The notes beneath the pieces were generated by a model that was given only the letters and a program-made list of their open reading frames with translations, was not told where the DNA came from and made no database searches. The translations under genes and the position numbers were made by a program. A DNA stretch of 64,000 nt from Andalucia godoyi And28 (Eukaryota > Protista > Jakobida): positions 62,001-126,000 of the forward strand of contig VRVR01000026.1 in assembly GCA_009859145.1 (NCBI GenBank). Reading direction: 5' to 3'. Of this stretch, positions 1 through 10,753 are shown in pieces; the first letter of the stretch is position 1, and each line of letters starts with the position of its first letter.

Positions 1-1278
1 TCGGAATCTGTTACCACGTCGTCAGACAGCATGCCCGTTGACTCGTCGTCCTCTTCTGCTTCTTCTGCTTCCTCTGCTGTTCTTGTTACCCCTCCTCCCC
101 CTGCTTCCAAGTACGACGATGAACAAGCAGCCACGAAGATTCAATCTTCTTTCCGTGGTCATCAGGACCGGAAGAAGGTTGACGAACTGAAGAAGTCCAA
201 TTCTCAGAGACCGCCCGAAGGACATGACTCTGTAACGGCGGGCGCTGCCTCACAGCCACAACCAGCAGGAGTACAGTCAGCGGAAGTGACGGCGGGGTCG
301 ACACCACAACAGTCCCCTGTGGACGAACATTCGGCCGCCACGAAGATTCAGTCATCTTACCGAGGCCATCAGGACCGGAAGAAGGTTGACGAACTGAAGA
401 AGTCGAGCGCCTCTCAGTCGACATTGAAGAACGAGACTGCTGTGGCCGCCTCTGTCTCGCAAGCGGATTCCGAACCATCGGCTGCGCAGGCAGAGCCTGC
501 GTCTAACCATCTTCGACCACCGGTAGACGAACACATCGCCGCAACAAAGATCCAATCGTCGTATCGTGGCCACCAAGATCGGAAGAGGGTGGAGGAGATC
601 AAGAAGACTCCGCGAGCTCCTGCTGCTGGCCCATTGCCTGCCGAGACTTCCGCATCTTCTCCGGTCGTAGAAGAGCACAATGAGACTGCCGCTGCCCCCA
701 TTCCGTCCAAATATGCTGATGAAAGCGTCGCCGCGACCAAGATCCAGTCATCGTATCGTGGCCACCAAGATCGGAAGAGGGTGGAGGAGATCAAGAAATC
801 GCCACAAAAGCCATCGTCAGATATCGCTCCTGTTCCGGCGGTGGCGCCCGTTTTAGAGACTGCCGCGGAAGCATCGCCCAGTACACCGTCAAAACATGGG
901 GATGATGCTGCTGCTGCAACGAAGATTCAGTCATCATACCGTGGCCACCAGGATCGGAAGAGGGTGGAGGAGATGCGCAGGACCACTACTTCAACCAAAA
1001 GCGCGCTACCACAGGCTGAGCAAACAGAAGATCGCCCGGCGTCAATCGAGCAATCTGTTCCTGTTACTGGCGCCGAATCTGCGTTGACAACGTCTGTCGA
1101 GCCTCCTCGAGAACCTTCGAGAAAGTACCAAGACGAGAATGTTGCAGCCACCAAGATTCAGTCTTCCTACCGCGGTCATCAGGATCGGAAGAAAGTCGAG
1201 GAGCGTCGTGTGTCTGCCCGTTCTTCAAAGAATGGCCTCGAGTCGGAGTCGTCAGTTCCAAATGGAATGGCTGCCTAA
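1..1278 (+). CDS. Multi-IQ-motif calmodulin-binding protein, probably 5'-truncated by the window edge
   Basis: The frame is open from position 1 (TCG GAA TCT ... ATG at 31) to TAA at 1278. It has six copies of AATKIQSS(F/Y)RGHQDRK(K/R)V separated by P/A/S/E-rich linkers. Confidence 0.85.
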   Translation, partial: SESVTTSSDSMPVDSSSSSASSASSAVLVTPPPPASKYDDEQAATKIQSSFRGHQDRKKVDELKKSNSQRPPEGHDSVTAGAASQPQPAGVQSAEVTAGSTPQQSPVDEHSAATKIQSSYRGHQDRKKVDELKKSSASQSTLKNETAVAASVSQADSEPSAAQAEPASNHLRPPVDEHIAATKIQSSYRGHQDRKRVEEIKKTPRAPAAGPLPAETSASSPVVEEHNETAAAPIPSKYADESVAATKIQSSYRGHQDRKRVEEIKKSPQKPSSDIAPVPAVAPVLETAAEASPSTPSKHGDDAAAATKIQSSYRGHQDRKRVEEMRRTTTSTKSALPQAEQTEDRPASIEQSVPVTGAESALTTSVEPPREPSRKYQDENVAATKIQSSYRGHQDRKKVEERRVSARSSKNGLESESSVPNGMAA

Positions 1279-1307
1279 AAAAATCCTTGGAGTAATCGTC
1301 GTCGTTC

Positions 1308-1328
1308 TTCTCTCTCTCTCTCTCTCTC

Positions 1329-1378
<50 letters not shown>
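1308..1378. repeat. Compound (CT)n/(TG)n microsatellite
   Basis: Directly visible dinucleotide runs between convergent genes. Confidence 0.95.
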
Positions 1379-1381
<3 letters not shown>

Positions 1382-1465
1382 CTCCCTCTCTGTGGAAATG
1401 ATGTCGTTTGTATAGTATTTCTTCCCTTTTCTTTTTCTTTTTTGATGCAGTGCACACGAAAACCA

Positions 1466-2842
1466 TTATCTCCGTCGACATAAAGCCTCCAATTCCTTTG
1501 CACCCTGTTCTTCCGAACCCGAAAATAGGATGGTATTAGTCCCAAGGACATCTTTTGCCGAGGACAGCCGGCCAATGCGTCCTGTGCGATGCAGAAAGTC
1601 CTCAGCGCTTCGTGGAAAATCAAAATGTACAACGTGATTGACGTAGAATGTGTCCAAGCCCCGTGCAAAGACGTCAGTGGCGACAATCCATCGGGCCTTG
1701 TCCGACTTACATGCTTGGTAGTGCTCCCAGCGCTTGTCTGGAGGAATGCCACCGTGAAGCGACACAATTCCTCCTGCAGCACTCAACTCCGGGATTGCTT
1801 CGTGAAGCGCATATTCGATGGCTCGTGCAGAATCAATGGAATTGCAGAACACCAAGTATCTCCCATCCTTTGGAATCATGGACACAGACTTTGACTTTTT
1901 GCACAACACATCGAGCAGCAATGCAATTCGATCCTGCGCACCCAATCGTCTAAATTCGTGCTGAATGCCCTTTGGAACACTGTAGAGTTGAGGATCCATC
2001 AGAGGCTGGAAATGAAGCAGCTGTTCGCGCGCAAGTTTCTCCACGAAATCCCTCGTGTCGGATGGAGCGCCCCCATTGGCAGCGCCACCGCGAGGGGTTG
2101 CAGACACGAACATCACATCGGAGCGTGCTTCTGATTTCTCGTGCTCCGCACGTCTTCGAAATGCACCAATGACTGGCTTCAAGATGCTTGCTTCCCACTC
2201 ACTCAGAAACGTCCGATCACACAGCATATCCGCCTCGTCCACTACCAGAAACGACACATCCTTCACTGGAAGCATCTGCATCTCTCGGAACTTGTTAATG
2301 CGTCCAGGAGTCCCAACCACCACGTCTGCACCCCCGCTTTCCAAGTACCGCCTCTGACTTGACTCTGTTGTGCTTCCATTGATCAGTACCAAAGAACGAA
2401 GCTTGCAGTGGTGCGACAACTTCTTGATTGTACGGAGAGTTTGGTCGGCAAGTTCCCTCGTAGGAGTCACGATAATCGCCCGGGGTCTGCGAAACGGAGC
2501 ACCCATCCTCTGCCCCTCAACCCTCGTTTGCACTCTCCCTTCGTCTTCATTAGCTGACTCTGCAGCAGCACGCGGGTCTCCAGAAGCCGTTGTCGTCAGT
2601 GTGGATCCCTCACCAGCAGCAGCAAGATCCAATTCTTGCTGCTTCAATGACTGAAACACCGGAAGCAAGTACGAAAGTGTCTTTCCTGTTCCAGTCGGAG
2701 CCGCAATCAACGATGCCCTTTTCGCCACTGGCTTCAGAAGCTCCGGGAGCGCAATCCTCTGAATTGGCGAAAGTGTCGATATATTCAATTCTCTCAATGC
2801 GGAATGAAGCGTCGGAACGAGACTCAGTTCGGAAAACCGCAT
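1466..2842 (-). CDS. DEAD-box RNA helicase
   Basis: Q motif (LSPIQ), APTGTGKT, PTRELADQ, GTPGR, DEAD, SAT, VFCNS, TDVFARGLD and HRTGRIGR. The likely ATG is at 2842 (MRFSELSL); the ORF-track extension to 3004 looks non-coding. Confidence 0.93.
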   Translation of the reverse strand: MRFSELSLVPTLHSALRELNISTLSPIQRIALPELLKPVAKRASLIAAPTGTGKTLSYLLPVFQSLKQQELDLAAAGEGSTLTTTASGDPRAAAESANEDEGRVQTRVEGQRMGAPFRRPRAIIVTPTRELADQTLRTIKKLSHHCKLRSLVLINGSTTESSQRRYLESGGADVVVGTPGRINKFREMQMLPVKDVSFLVVDEADMLCDRTFLSEWEASILKPVIGAFRRRAEHEKSEARSDVMFVSATPRGGAANGGAPSDTRDFVEKLAREQLLHFQPLMDPQLYSVPKGIQHEFRRLGAQDRIALLLDVLCKKSKSVSMIPKDGRYLVFCNSIDSARAIEYALHEAIPELSAAGGIVSLHGGIPPDKRWEHYQACKSDKARWIVATDVFARGLDTFYVNHVVHFDFPRSAEDFLHRTGRIGRLSSAKDVLGTNTILFSGSEEQGAKELEALCRRR

Positions 2843-3275
2843 ATTCTTCTCGGCGGCAAAAATGGAATACAATATATTAATACCAACAACAATATCAATA
2901 CTGATACAACGAATAGCATTAATTGAAAGAAAGATAAAATGCAGTCCAAACTTTTCCTTCGCTGAAAGCGTTTTATGAAGAGAGGATCTACCTCGAGGCA
3001 TCAATTGAAACTTGCCTGATTCCCGCCACCAAATTTATCTCGGGATTTCCCTCGCTTGCCAACATTCAAATATTTGTCTTTCCCAAATAGCATGTTTCTT
3101 CACCTTGTCGTATTCTTATTACTATTACTGTTGTGTATTGTGTTTTATTATTTTACTATTTATTGTTTATTGTTTATTGTTTATTGTTTATTTATATATT
3201 ACTGGTGTTGGAAACGACACGACAAACGGAGGATAAGACAATAGCGAGGGCAACGATAGCGATAGCGACAAGAGA

Positions 3276-5285
3276 ATGTCTGTTCCTCAGAGTCTGTATG
3301 ACATGAAGAATCTTGCTGCATTCAAGTCTCCGGCTCCTCGACTGCTATCGAGCAATCAGCCTCTGTCGACTATTCCGGCGTCCTCGATTCCAATTTCTGG
3401 TCTACTTTCGATGTTTGCTGCGTCGCATCCTGCCGCTCCCACTGCAGTACAACAGTCGTCGAGTTCTGGCCAAATGAAGCCGCCTTTACAAATTCCCGTA
3501 TCGGCATCCCCGTTCTTGAGTGCTTCCAAAAAGCCGGAACCTCCCCATTCCTCCTTGGCATCTGTAAGCGCGCAGAACAAGAGCAATGCAAGCGTGAATG
3601 CAAGCGTGAATGCAAGCGTGAAAGTGTACGAGCTGCATCGATGGCTTATCAAGTGGTTCACAAAGGACGACGGCTCCAAGAAGAACTATTCTGTGGACGA
3701 TATGAAACTGGGTGTGCAGGGATTCAAGCCGGATTTGCCAAATGCCTTGTGGCACTCCAATGTGGTCGACAAGAGAGCTGCGGGAGATCGCGTCGTTTCG
3801 TGCACTGGTTCGGAATACATTCTCTGCGGGCCCATCGATGAGGTAGAGATGCGAAAACGGGGATTTTCAGAAGAGTTCATCGATGCGTTTCGAAATGGAT
3901 TTCCAGCCGATTGGAGAAACCAGGCACTCAAAGAATGGCGCTTGGTATTGTTGAGAAGGCGAGAATCAGAACAGCCTTCCTCGCAAAGCATTCAGGATGA
4001 CGGCCGCGAGAAGGCCGTGGCGCCCGTGAATGTGAAAACAGAGGGGATCGCGCCAAATCTCAACAGCAAAGAAACTGCAGTGCCCGCTGGACGAATGACT
4101 GGCACAGCTTCCCATAGTGTGGCTCCGAGGCCAAGTGTCCCGCAAGCGGGATCTCGAGTTGCTCCGAGACCGTCTTCGGTTCCGACAAGAACAAGACAGG
4201 GTAGAGCAGCGATGCAAGTACAATCAGCGAGCAGTGCAAAGAAGAGGGATGTACAGGGCACCTCCACACCGAGCGCCAGAAAGGAAACAAAATCAAAGAC
4301 GCATGCAAGAACAGCGGTTTCGGAGCGCAAGCCGGGTCGATCTCGGTCCAATGCATCGGATGATACAGAGGAGGAGGCAGACGAAGTCATGCTCCGAAGA
4401 CGGTTTATTGAACAACAGAATGCAGAACGTCAGCAGCAACAGCAGCACACCGAGTCTTTCACACCTGGCGGCCGGAGGAGCTCTCGCGCCCGATTGCCTC
4501 CGTTGCAGTTTTGGCAGAATGAGCATGTTGTCCATGACGTGCATGGGAATGTGATCGGCGGGCACCTGAAAGGAACGGACATTGCTGACGCTCCCATGGC
4601 ATCATCCGTCCGGCGGTCCTCACTTCCCAGTGGGACATCGCGAAGACGAAGCAATCTCGATTCCGACACGGATGAGTCGGAGCGTCCAGTCACCAAGAAG
4701 ACCTCGCAATTGAAAAGGGGACGACCAACAAAGGCGAAGGTCAGCAGTAGCGATTCCAAGCCGCAAGAGGAAGAGGATGTGGACGATGAAGCAGCGATCA
4801 ATCAGGCTGCGAAGCGGCAGCGGAAAGCGGATGGTGCTCGCGGAACCGATGTTGCAGAGGAGAGTCCCCCGGTGGGCGAAGACATGCATATTTCTGAACG
4901 AGGTGTTGCGAGCGACAACGGGAATCAAGATGGCGATGCCCAGGTCAATGACGACGAGGACGATGCTGAGGGTGGTGAAGAAGACGCGGGAAAGTTTACA
5001 CGAACTGTGTCTAGTCGAGCGGTTCGCCAAACAATCGACCGGATTCAGTCGGCTCATTCTGCATTCTCGAACCGAAATTTTGCACGCCGCCGGGGTGCCC
5101 CGGCATCCGCAACGGATCACGAAAGTGGCAGCTTATTGCTTGATGCCGCGAACAAGCTCGAACAAATGGATCGCTCGGAGAAGACTTTGAATGCTGGTGA
5201 AGAAGAAGACGACGCAAACGACCAAGATGACGAAGAAGAAAAGGCAGCAGGAGCTGGAGCAGAACGGAGGGACGTGCAGGAATGA
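3276..5285 (+). CDS. KNL2: KNL2/Mis18BP1-like centromere licensing factor (SANTA domain plus CENPC-k motif)
   Basis: SANTA-like segment (ELHRWLIK...WHSNVV...RVVSCTGSEYILCGPID...GFSEEFIDAFRNGFPADWR, about 3620-3930) and RRSSRARLPPLQFWQNE (about 4472-4524), which matches the CENP-C/CENPC-k motif. Confidence 0.8.
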   Translation: MSVPQSLYDMKNLAAFKSPAPRLLSSNQPLSTIPASSIPISGLLSMFAASHPAAPTAVQQSSSSGQMKPPLQIPVSASPFLSASKKPEPPHSSLASVSAQNKSNASVNASVNASVKVYELHRWLIKWFTKDDGSKKNYSVDDMKLGVQGFKPDLPNALWHSNVVDKRAAGDRVVSCTGSEYILCGPIDEVEMRKRGFSEEFIDAFRNGFPADWRNQALKEWRLVLLRRRESEQPSSQSIQDDGREKAVAPVNVKTEGIAPNLNSKETAVPAGRMTGTASHSVAPRPSVPQAGSRVAPRPSSVPTRTRQGRAAMQVQSASSAKKRDVQGTSTPSARKETKSKTHARTAVSERKPGRSRSNASDDTEEEADEVMLRRRFIEQQNAERQQQQQHTESFTPGGRRSSRARLPPLQFWQNEHVVHDVHGNVIGGHLKGTDIADAPMASSVRRSSLPSGTSRRRSNLDSDTDESERPVTKKTSQLKRGRPTKAKVSSSDSKPQEEEDVDDEAAINQAAKRQRKADGARGTDVAEESPPVGEDMHISERGVASDNGNQDGDAQVNDDEDDAEGGEEDAGKFTRTVSSRAVRQTIDRIQSAHSAFSNRNFARRRGAPASATDHESGSLLLDAANKLEQMDRSEKTLNAGEEEDDANDQDDEEEKAAGAGAERRDVQE

Positions 5286-5449
5286 TTTTTGAAGTCCAGA
5301 ACACAGGAAGCTGTATGCACTAGAGCTGCGAACACTGGGCGGCCTCATGAAAATGACAGTAAATAATATCGTTCCACGACAGATGGAGCGTCTGTCGTCC
5401 CGAATGGTTGGATTTCTTCAGTGCAGATGTTGGGTTGCTTGATTGGCAT

Positions 5450-6080
5450 TCGCCTTTATTTGTACACCGATCGTCATCCATGTTGCAACCACGATGGCTG
5501 CTCCTCGACGGGCTGCCCCGACGCCCTGTTTTTCGATGTCCTCATTGTTGTACATGTGGTGCGCGCTGTGTCACTGACGAACAAAGATACCGAGAGCGCG
5601 ATCAGATCATACGCTGCCTCGAAAAAAAAAAGGCATGCGTGCAGCTCGTGCTCGGCCGCACAAACAAGAGGGACGGAAGGTTTACCTATATATGGGTTGA
5701 ATCCGCACTGCAACCTCCTTCTGGTCTGGCGGAGGGGGCAGACCATCGATAAAAGACATTTCTGATTTCGGTCGACTACAGGTTCATTCGTGAGGGATAC
5801 GAGAAGATGAGGGTGGAAGAAGCCGCAGGTCCACAGCTCTTGTTACCAGCGTGCTTCAGCTCACGTGAATGGTGCGAGAAGACTGCGCTGCACCTCTTGC
5901 GTGTAAGTGCGCCGTCCCCCGACGGCCGATGGGCAAACCATGCACCCGGGGCACCGGCTTGCCAAAAACAGAAAGTGGTGGCATTGTCGACTTTGATGGA
6001 AGCGCGAGCAAAACCCCCAGTTTGGTGCAAAATGCAGAGGCAAGTCTGAATTCAACCTCCACGGGGGGTGGGACCTACGC
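5450..6080 (+). mobile_element. Putative highly decayed Fanzor2/TnpB remnant
   Basis: Reading across frameshifts gives an ordered series of Fanzor2-like motifs: HD-LLL, LLLP-CFSS-(E)MVR, KTA-LL, GKPCTRG and IVDFDGSA. It ends in GGGGGGTGGGACCTAC, nearly the same as the 3' motif of the 50.3-kb fragment. Confidence 0.45.
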
Positions 6081-6328
6081 TCAAGAAGGCAGAGAAGCAG
6101 CTCGAATCTTTTGTTTTTTGGGTGTGGTGAATGGGAAAAAAAACCCCCAACGAAAACACACAGCACACACGACAGAAAGGCTGTTCCCTCCTTCCAAAGG
6201 CTTCGGACACAAGAACAACAGTGTGAACGTGCGCTCCTTTTTCTTATTCATAATCCATTGACGGAACGCTGCATTTGGAAGCCGGACTAATGCGTTGGAG
6301 AGAAGGGAAGCTACGAAACGACCAGCAC

Positions 6329-7912
6329 ATGTCTTCCGTTTCGGACAAATGCTACAGAGCCGCCGCGGTTCGATGGACCGCGGAGGACGACAGCAAACTC
6401 CTCAGAGCGATTGAAGTGTACGGAGAGCACGGTCACTGGAAGGAGAAGGCTGCATTTGTAGGTCCGGACAAGCTTCCATGCCAAGCGTATCAGCATTGGC
6501 ACCGAGTGCTGAAGCGGCCGCGCGTTCCGATGAGTTTACAAGATGTTGCCGCCATGATCCTGATCACTGTGGTGCATGGGCATCCAAGACGATGGGCCGA
6601 CACCGCACGGGCAATTGAACAAGTGTTGGAAACCGAGCACTTGGGAACGCAAGTGCGGGCCAAGTGGATGGATATGCTGGATCGTGCGTGCGCCACTGAA
6701 ACCGAGGCGGCGGCTGCTGCTGCTGCTGCTGCTGGTGCATCGTCTTCTGCGGACTGCGACGTTATGACAAATATCCGCATCCGGAGGAACGAAGACAGAT
6801 CTAGTGGAAACGGCCTGAACGTGGCAGAAGGTGCGACGAACTCCAGGACGATGGTGCACAAGTCCAAGCTGTCCAACTTTGCTCAGGATCCCATGTACAC
6901 CCGTCTGTGCTTCCTTGTGCGGGACGTTCAGGACGCGGTATTTGGCCGTTCCGAGTTGCTGCAGGACGCTTCCCTGATGTCGGTGCAGTCTGATTCGTGT
7001 GACATTCTGGGTCACGGACAGTCCGCCGATCGATCTCAGCCAAGCGTGAGCGCCTCGGTCATGCTTCCCCTGAACCACCGACTTCTTTTTGAAAAGGTTC
7101 TGGAAGAGTGTTCGCACCTGCTGAACCCGCAGCACATCCAAAAGTTCATCGATGCCGGATTGAGCATTCGATCCCGCACGGAGCCCCGGCGGTCCGACTT
7201 GTCCCTTCACTCGGAAATGACCGAGGACTCTTCTTCTTCTTCTTTTCTTCCTCCTCACCTCCCTTCTTCTTCTTCTTTAAGCTGCACGGCCGCCGATGCG
7301 ACACTAGCTGCATTGGTGCCGTCATCCGCCGATCACCGAACAGATCGTACAATGCACGTGCGTGGAACCCCCAACATTGTCACAGGCAAAGTGCATTGGA
7401 CCGGGCGAGAGCCACCCCACGGCTTGCAAAGCCACAGCGCGCATCGACTTTCCGCAGCATTCTCGTTTGCGAAGTCACCGATCTTTATGTCCGAAGATCT
7501 CGCTTTGGCGTATGATGCGGTGGTTGGGCAGCAAAACTGGAGTGCATCGGTTACGGAGCATTTGGATATCGGGACATCCAATCTGGAACCAACGACGTAC
7601 TCCAGCGCCTCTGCAACTGGCCTTGATTGCGATCCCCTGCACAAAAAGCTGCAGCAACTTGCAGCTGCGGGCTTCGCGTGTGTTCCTTCCATCGCAGATC
7701 TCCCCATGACCCGTAGTGATCCGGAGCAGCAATGCGTGCCACTGCACCAGTCCAAACCAGCTGTTCCGGATGAGGATGGGGACTCTGTCTATGGCTCGGG
7801 AGTTTTAGTACTCGATTGGTCCTCTCAGAGTCGTGCTAGCTTTGTGTTTCAAAAGACGATGCTCAAGAACGTTGTTTTTGAACTACTGATCGAATCAACG
7901 GAGGCTTCGTGA
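6329..7912 (+). CDS. Myb/SANT-domain protein
   Basis: WTAEDDSKLLRAIEVYGEHGHWKEKAAFVGPDKLPCQAYQHWHRVL is a Myb repeat, followed by a degenerate second repeat. The likely ATG is at 6329. Confidence 0.8.
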   Translation: MSSVSDKCYRAAAVRWTAEDDSKLLRAIEVYGEHGHWKEKAAFVGPDKLPCQAYQHWHRVLKRPRVPMSLQDVAAMILITVVHGHPRRWADTARAIEQVLETEHLGTQVRAKWMDMLDRACATETEAAAAAAAAAGASSSADCDVMTNIRIRRNEDRSSGNGLNVAEGATNSRTMVHKSKLSNFAQDPMYTRLCFLVRDVQDAVFGRSELLQDASLMSVQSDSCDILGHGQSADRSQPSVSASVMLPLNHRLLFEKVLEECSHLLNPQHIQKFIDAGLSIRSRTEPRRSDLSLHSEMTEDSSSSSFLPPHLPSSSSLSCTAADATLAALVPSSADHRTDRTMHVRGTPNIVTGKVHWTGREPPHGLQSHSAHRLSAAFSFAKSPIFMSEDLALAYDAVVGQQNWSASVTEHLDIGTSNLEPTTYSSASATGLDCDPLHKKLQQLAAAGFACVPSIADLPMTRSDPEQQCVPLHQSKPAVPDEDGDSVYGSGVLVLDWSSQSRASFVFQKTMLKNVVFELLIESTEAS

Positions 7913-8293
7913 CGTTTTTGGGAATCGTCCCCTCAAACATCCCGTATGATCCTCCCTTGTACGATGTATAGAGTAACATTTGATTTAAATGTTAAAATTA
8001 AAGTTTAAAATAAAAATAAAATAAAAAACTGCGAACGACCATTGCGACGACGACGACAACGAACATGACGACGGTGATGGTGATAGTGATGTGATTTACT
8101 TCTACGAAAAAAGAAAGAAATAGGAAAGGGGGATACCCGAAGAAAGGAAGTGCGTCCAACCATCCAGAAAACGACCGAACAACACATTCCGGGTTCCGAC
8201 AAACATGTAAAGAACAAACGTCGCAAAAATGTGAACATGAGCGAAAAGAAAATGTGTGGAAAATGCATATATCTATTCAAGAATGAAAACGGA

Positions 8294-8663
8294 CTACTTC
8301 AGCGTCGCAAAGATCTTTGGTGCAGCCTATACGTGTATCCAAAAGCAAAGAAAGCATCCACAAAGTAAGAACCATAATTTAAAAAGAAAATAATTATAAT
8401 AATAATAATGATGATGATGAATGAAAGAAAGAAAGAAAGAAAGAAACCACGAAAAAAAGAAGATGGTGAGCCCCAAGGCCGTGTGTACATACGCACTTGT
8501 CGATGCACTTTAAGAGATCGCCAAACTGACCGATACAGTTTCCATCGCCCTTTGCCGCAACTCGATTAGCACACGCCTCGTACTCTGCAACGAGCGACAT
8601 GCACTGCTGCTTCTTGCACGACTCGCGGATCTCGGGTGTTGGGTCAACAGGGTCAGAAGACAT
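8294..8663 (-). CDS. QCR6: Cytochrome bc1 complex hinge subunit (2 exons: 8663-8493, 8326-8294)
   Basis: MSSDPVDPTPEIRESCKKQQC...YEACANRV...NCIGQFGDLLKCIDKC|AAPKIFATLK*. The GTATGT...TAG intron at 8492-8327 restores the conserved C-terminus. Confidence 0.92.
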
Positions 8664-9069
8664 GGCCTTTTTCTGGAAAAATAGTCGCAGCGAGAAAAGA
8701 ATAGGATGACGAAGCGAAGAAAAACAACCTCGGCGCAATTCAATGAAACACAAACGACAGCAAAACGAATGTGAAAAATATGTAAATCCAAAAAGCACTT
8801 AATGAGGACGCTGAAACAGAAACACAGAACGGAAAAAATGTCAGTGTTTTTATTTTTGAGCTGTCAGAGCTGATGCTTGCTGACTGACACACTGCCGGAT
8901 CTTTCTCTTGCAGCATTTTGTTTTTGCTTTTTCCCTCAAGTAGATAACTCGGGAAACAATTAGTACGGACTACGGAATATGGGAGCGCCGGTTTTTTTGT
9001 TTTTTTTGGAACAGGAGAAGGTTAGGCAGCTCTCCAGATACTGACACGGACGAGACGAGAGACACCGCG

Positions 9070-9393
9070 ATGAGCGCATCATCATCGTCATCAATAGGAG
9101 TGCGGCCGGCTACGAACGACAGGAGCACAGCAAGAGAGGAATCGATCAAGGCACTTCGTCCACATCGATGCAATGCGCGGCTGGAGGACGTTGTGCAGGC
9201 TGTCGCATCGGTCGACTCGTGGGGTAACGTGCCCACTACATTCCGCACATTCATGCATTGTTGGCGCGCCGATCCAGGACAAGAACCCACGGAGCCATAC
9301 GTTTCGACAAGAGCCGCTGCACTTGACGCTGCATTCAAAGCTCAATTGCGGAAAGACCAGCAAGAGAAGACGGACAATGAGCCTACTTTTTGA
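9070..9393 (+). CDS. Hypothetical 107-aa protein
   Basis: ATG-started ORF with coding-like composition between AT-rich spacers; no family recognised. Confidence 0.55.
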   Translation: MSASSSSSIGVRPATNDRSTAREESIKALRPHRCNARLEDVVQAVASVDSWGNVPTTFRTFMHCWRADPGQEPTEPYVSTRAAALDAAFKAQLRKDQQEKTDNEPTF

Positions 9394-9586
9394 GGACGGA
9401 AGGGGACAGGAAAGACCACGCTGTCGGTCACGTAGCCTTTCAAGCAAATTTTATCTTGTAATTTTTATTATTTTAAATATTTAAAAAAGCTGTTTCTGTT
9501 CTTCCCATCGCCGTCACCATCACCTTCCTATACAACAGCAGTAGCAACACACGCACGGGAATGAGGAATCGTCTCCTGTGCTTCAC

Positions 9587-9778
9587 TTACATGACCTTAT
9601 CTTCAGACTGGGTAAGCAGAATTCCAAAGCGCTTTTTGAGGGTTACTCGGTGTCTGGAGTACTTGTCGTCCGGTGAGAACCGTGCAGGATGGGCAGAAAC
9701 CGTGGGCTTTCCCTCCACAGCCTTCTTGAGCGTGTAGACCCGCTCGCCTTTCTCGTTCAACGTATACATCAAAAACAT
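9587..9778 (-). CDS. NOP10: H/ACA snoRNP subunit Nop10
   Basis: [19 protein letters not shown]...[30 protein letters not shown] matches the Nop10 consensus. Confidence 0.97.
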   Translation of the reverse strand: MFLMYTLNEKGERVYTLKKAVEGKPTVSAHPARFSPDDKYSRHRVTLKKRFGILLTQSEDKVM

Positions 9779-9879
9779 CTTCTTTTCCCTAACCTTATTT
9801 CCCCCCTTTTCTTTTTCGTGCGTCTTGTGTTGTTCGGAATGAATTTACAAACACCAAACAATTTATTAAGCAAAGCAAG

Positions 9880-9930
9880 GCAAAGGCAAAGGCAAAGTGA
9901 CAAAGTGACAAAGTGACAAAGTGACAAAGG
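9880..9930. repeat. Short tandem repeat (GGCAAA and GTGACAAA units)
   Basis: GGCAAA-type units followed by four CAAAGTGA-type units. Confidence 0.8.
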
Positions 9931-10646
9931 TGAACCACATGGCTGCTTGGGTAGGCGGAAAGGCGAAAAAAGAAAAGAGGGCTTCCCTCCCTCGAGCATA
10001 ACGTGCAATGGCTAACATGCTCCAACCCTACTTTTTTCTCCTGTCGGGAGAAATCGGACTTTGCTTCCCCCGTTTGCATGCCCCGCCGTGCATGTCTTTT
10101 CTTTTGCAACTTTCCGAATGCGGAAGGATTTGATGCTTGATGGTGCGGCGTTTTTTTGTAATCTTGCCGAGGTTGCTTGCATTCTGGTCCTAACCGCAAG
10201 TCCTATCTGCACGCACGAGCCAAGCCCAAAAACTCAATTTGCTTGAACAAGCAACCCAATACAAAAAGACCCCACACTCCGTCTTCTTTGGATCTTTTTA
10301 TCATTATCATTGTTATTAATCATTTTATTTTTTTGGGTTATTTTAAATTCTTGCGCCTTCTTCGTGTTTGATTGCTTTCCTTTTTTTTTCCCGGTTTCCT
10401 TTGCCTCTCGTTCCCAATTCGCGCTTTCCATCCTGTGCTTACTTCTTCTTCGCTGCACTCGAATCTCCCAGCTAATCTAGATAGAAAAACTTTTATCATC
10501 TATTTCCCCCCGTTCTCTTTCTCATTCTCATTCTTTCCTTCCTTCTTCTTTTCATTAATTGGTTTCCACAGCAATTCGTGTCGTGTGTTTTTTTTTAAAT
10601 TTCGTTTCTGTTTTGTGCTTTGCGATTCGCGACGTTCAATTTTTTA

Positions 10647-10753
<107 letters not shown>

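Noticed and set aside
130-1200. Regularly spaced ~50-nt direct repeats resembling a CRISPR array
   Set aside because: The repeats are in-frame IQ codons with synonymous variation, the spacers are about 130-160 nt of coding linker, the context is eukaryotic and there are no cas genes.
5350-5620. Minus-strand frame with TGA-interrupted HSAHH (possible desaturase or UGA recoding)
   Set aside because: No other desaturase motifs and no support for UGA recoding elsewhere; the plus-strand remnant explanation fits better.
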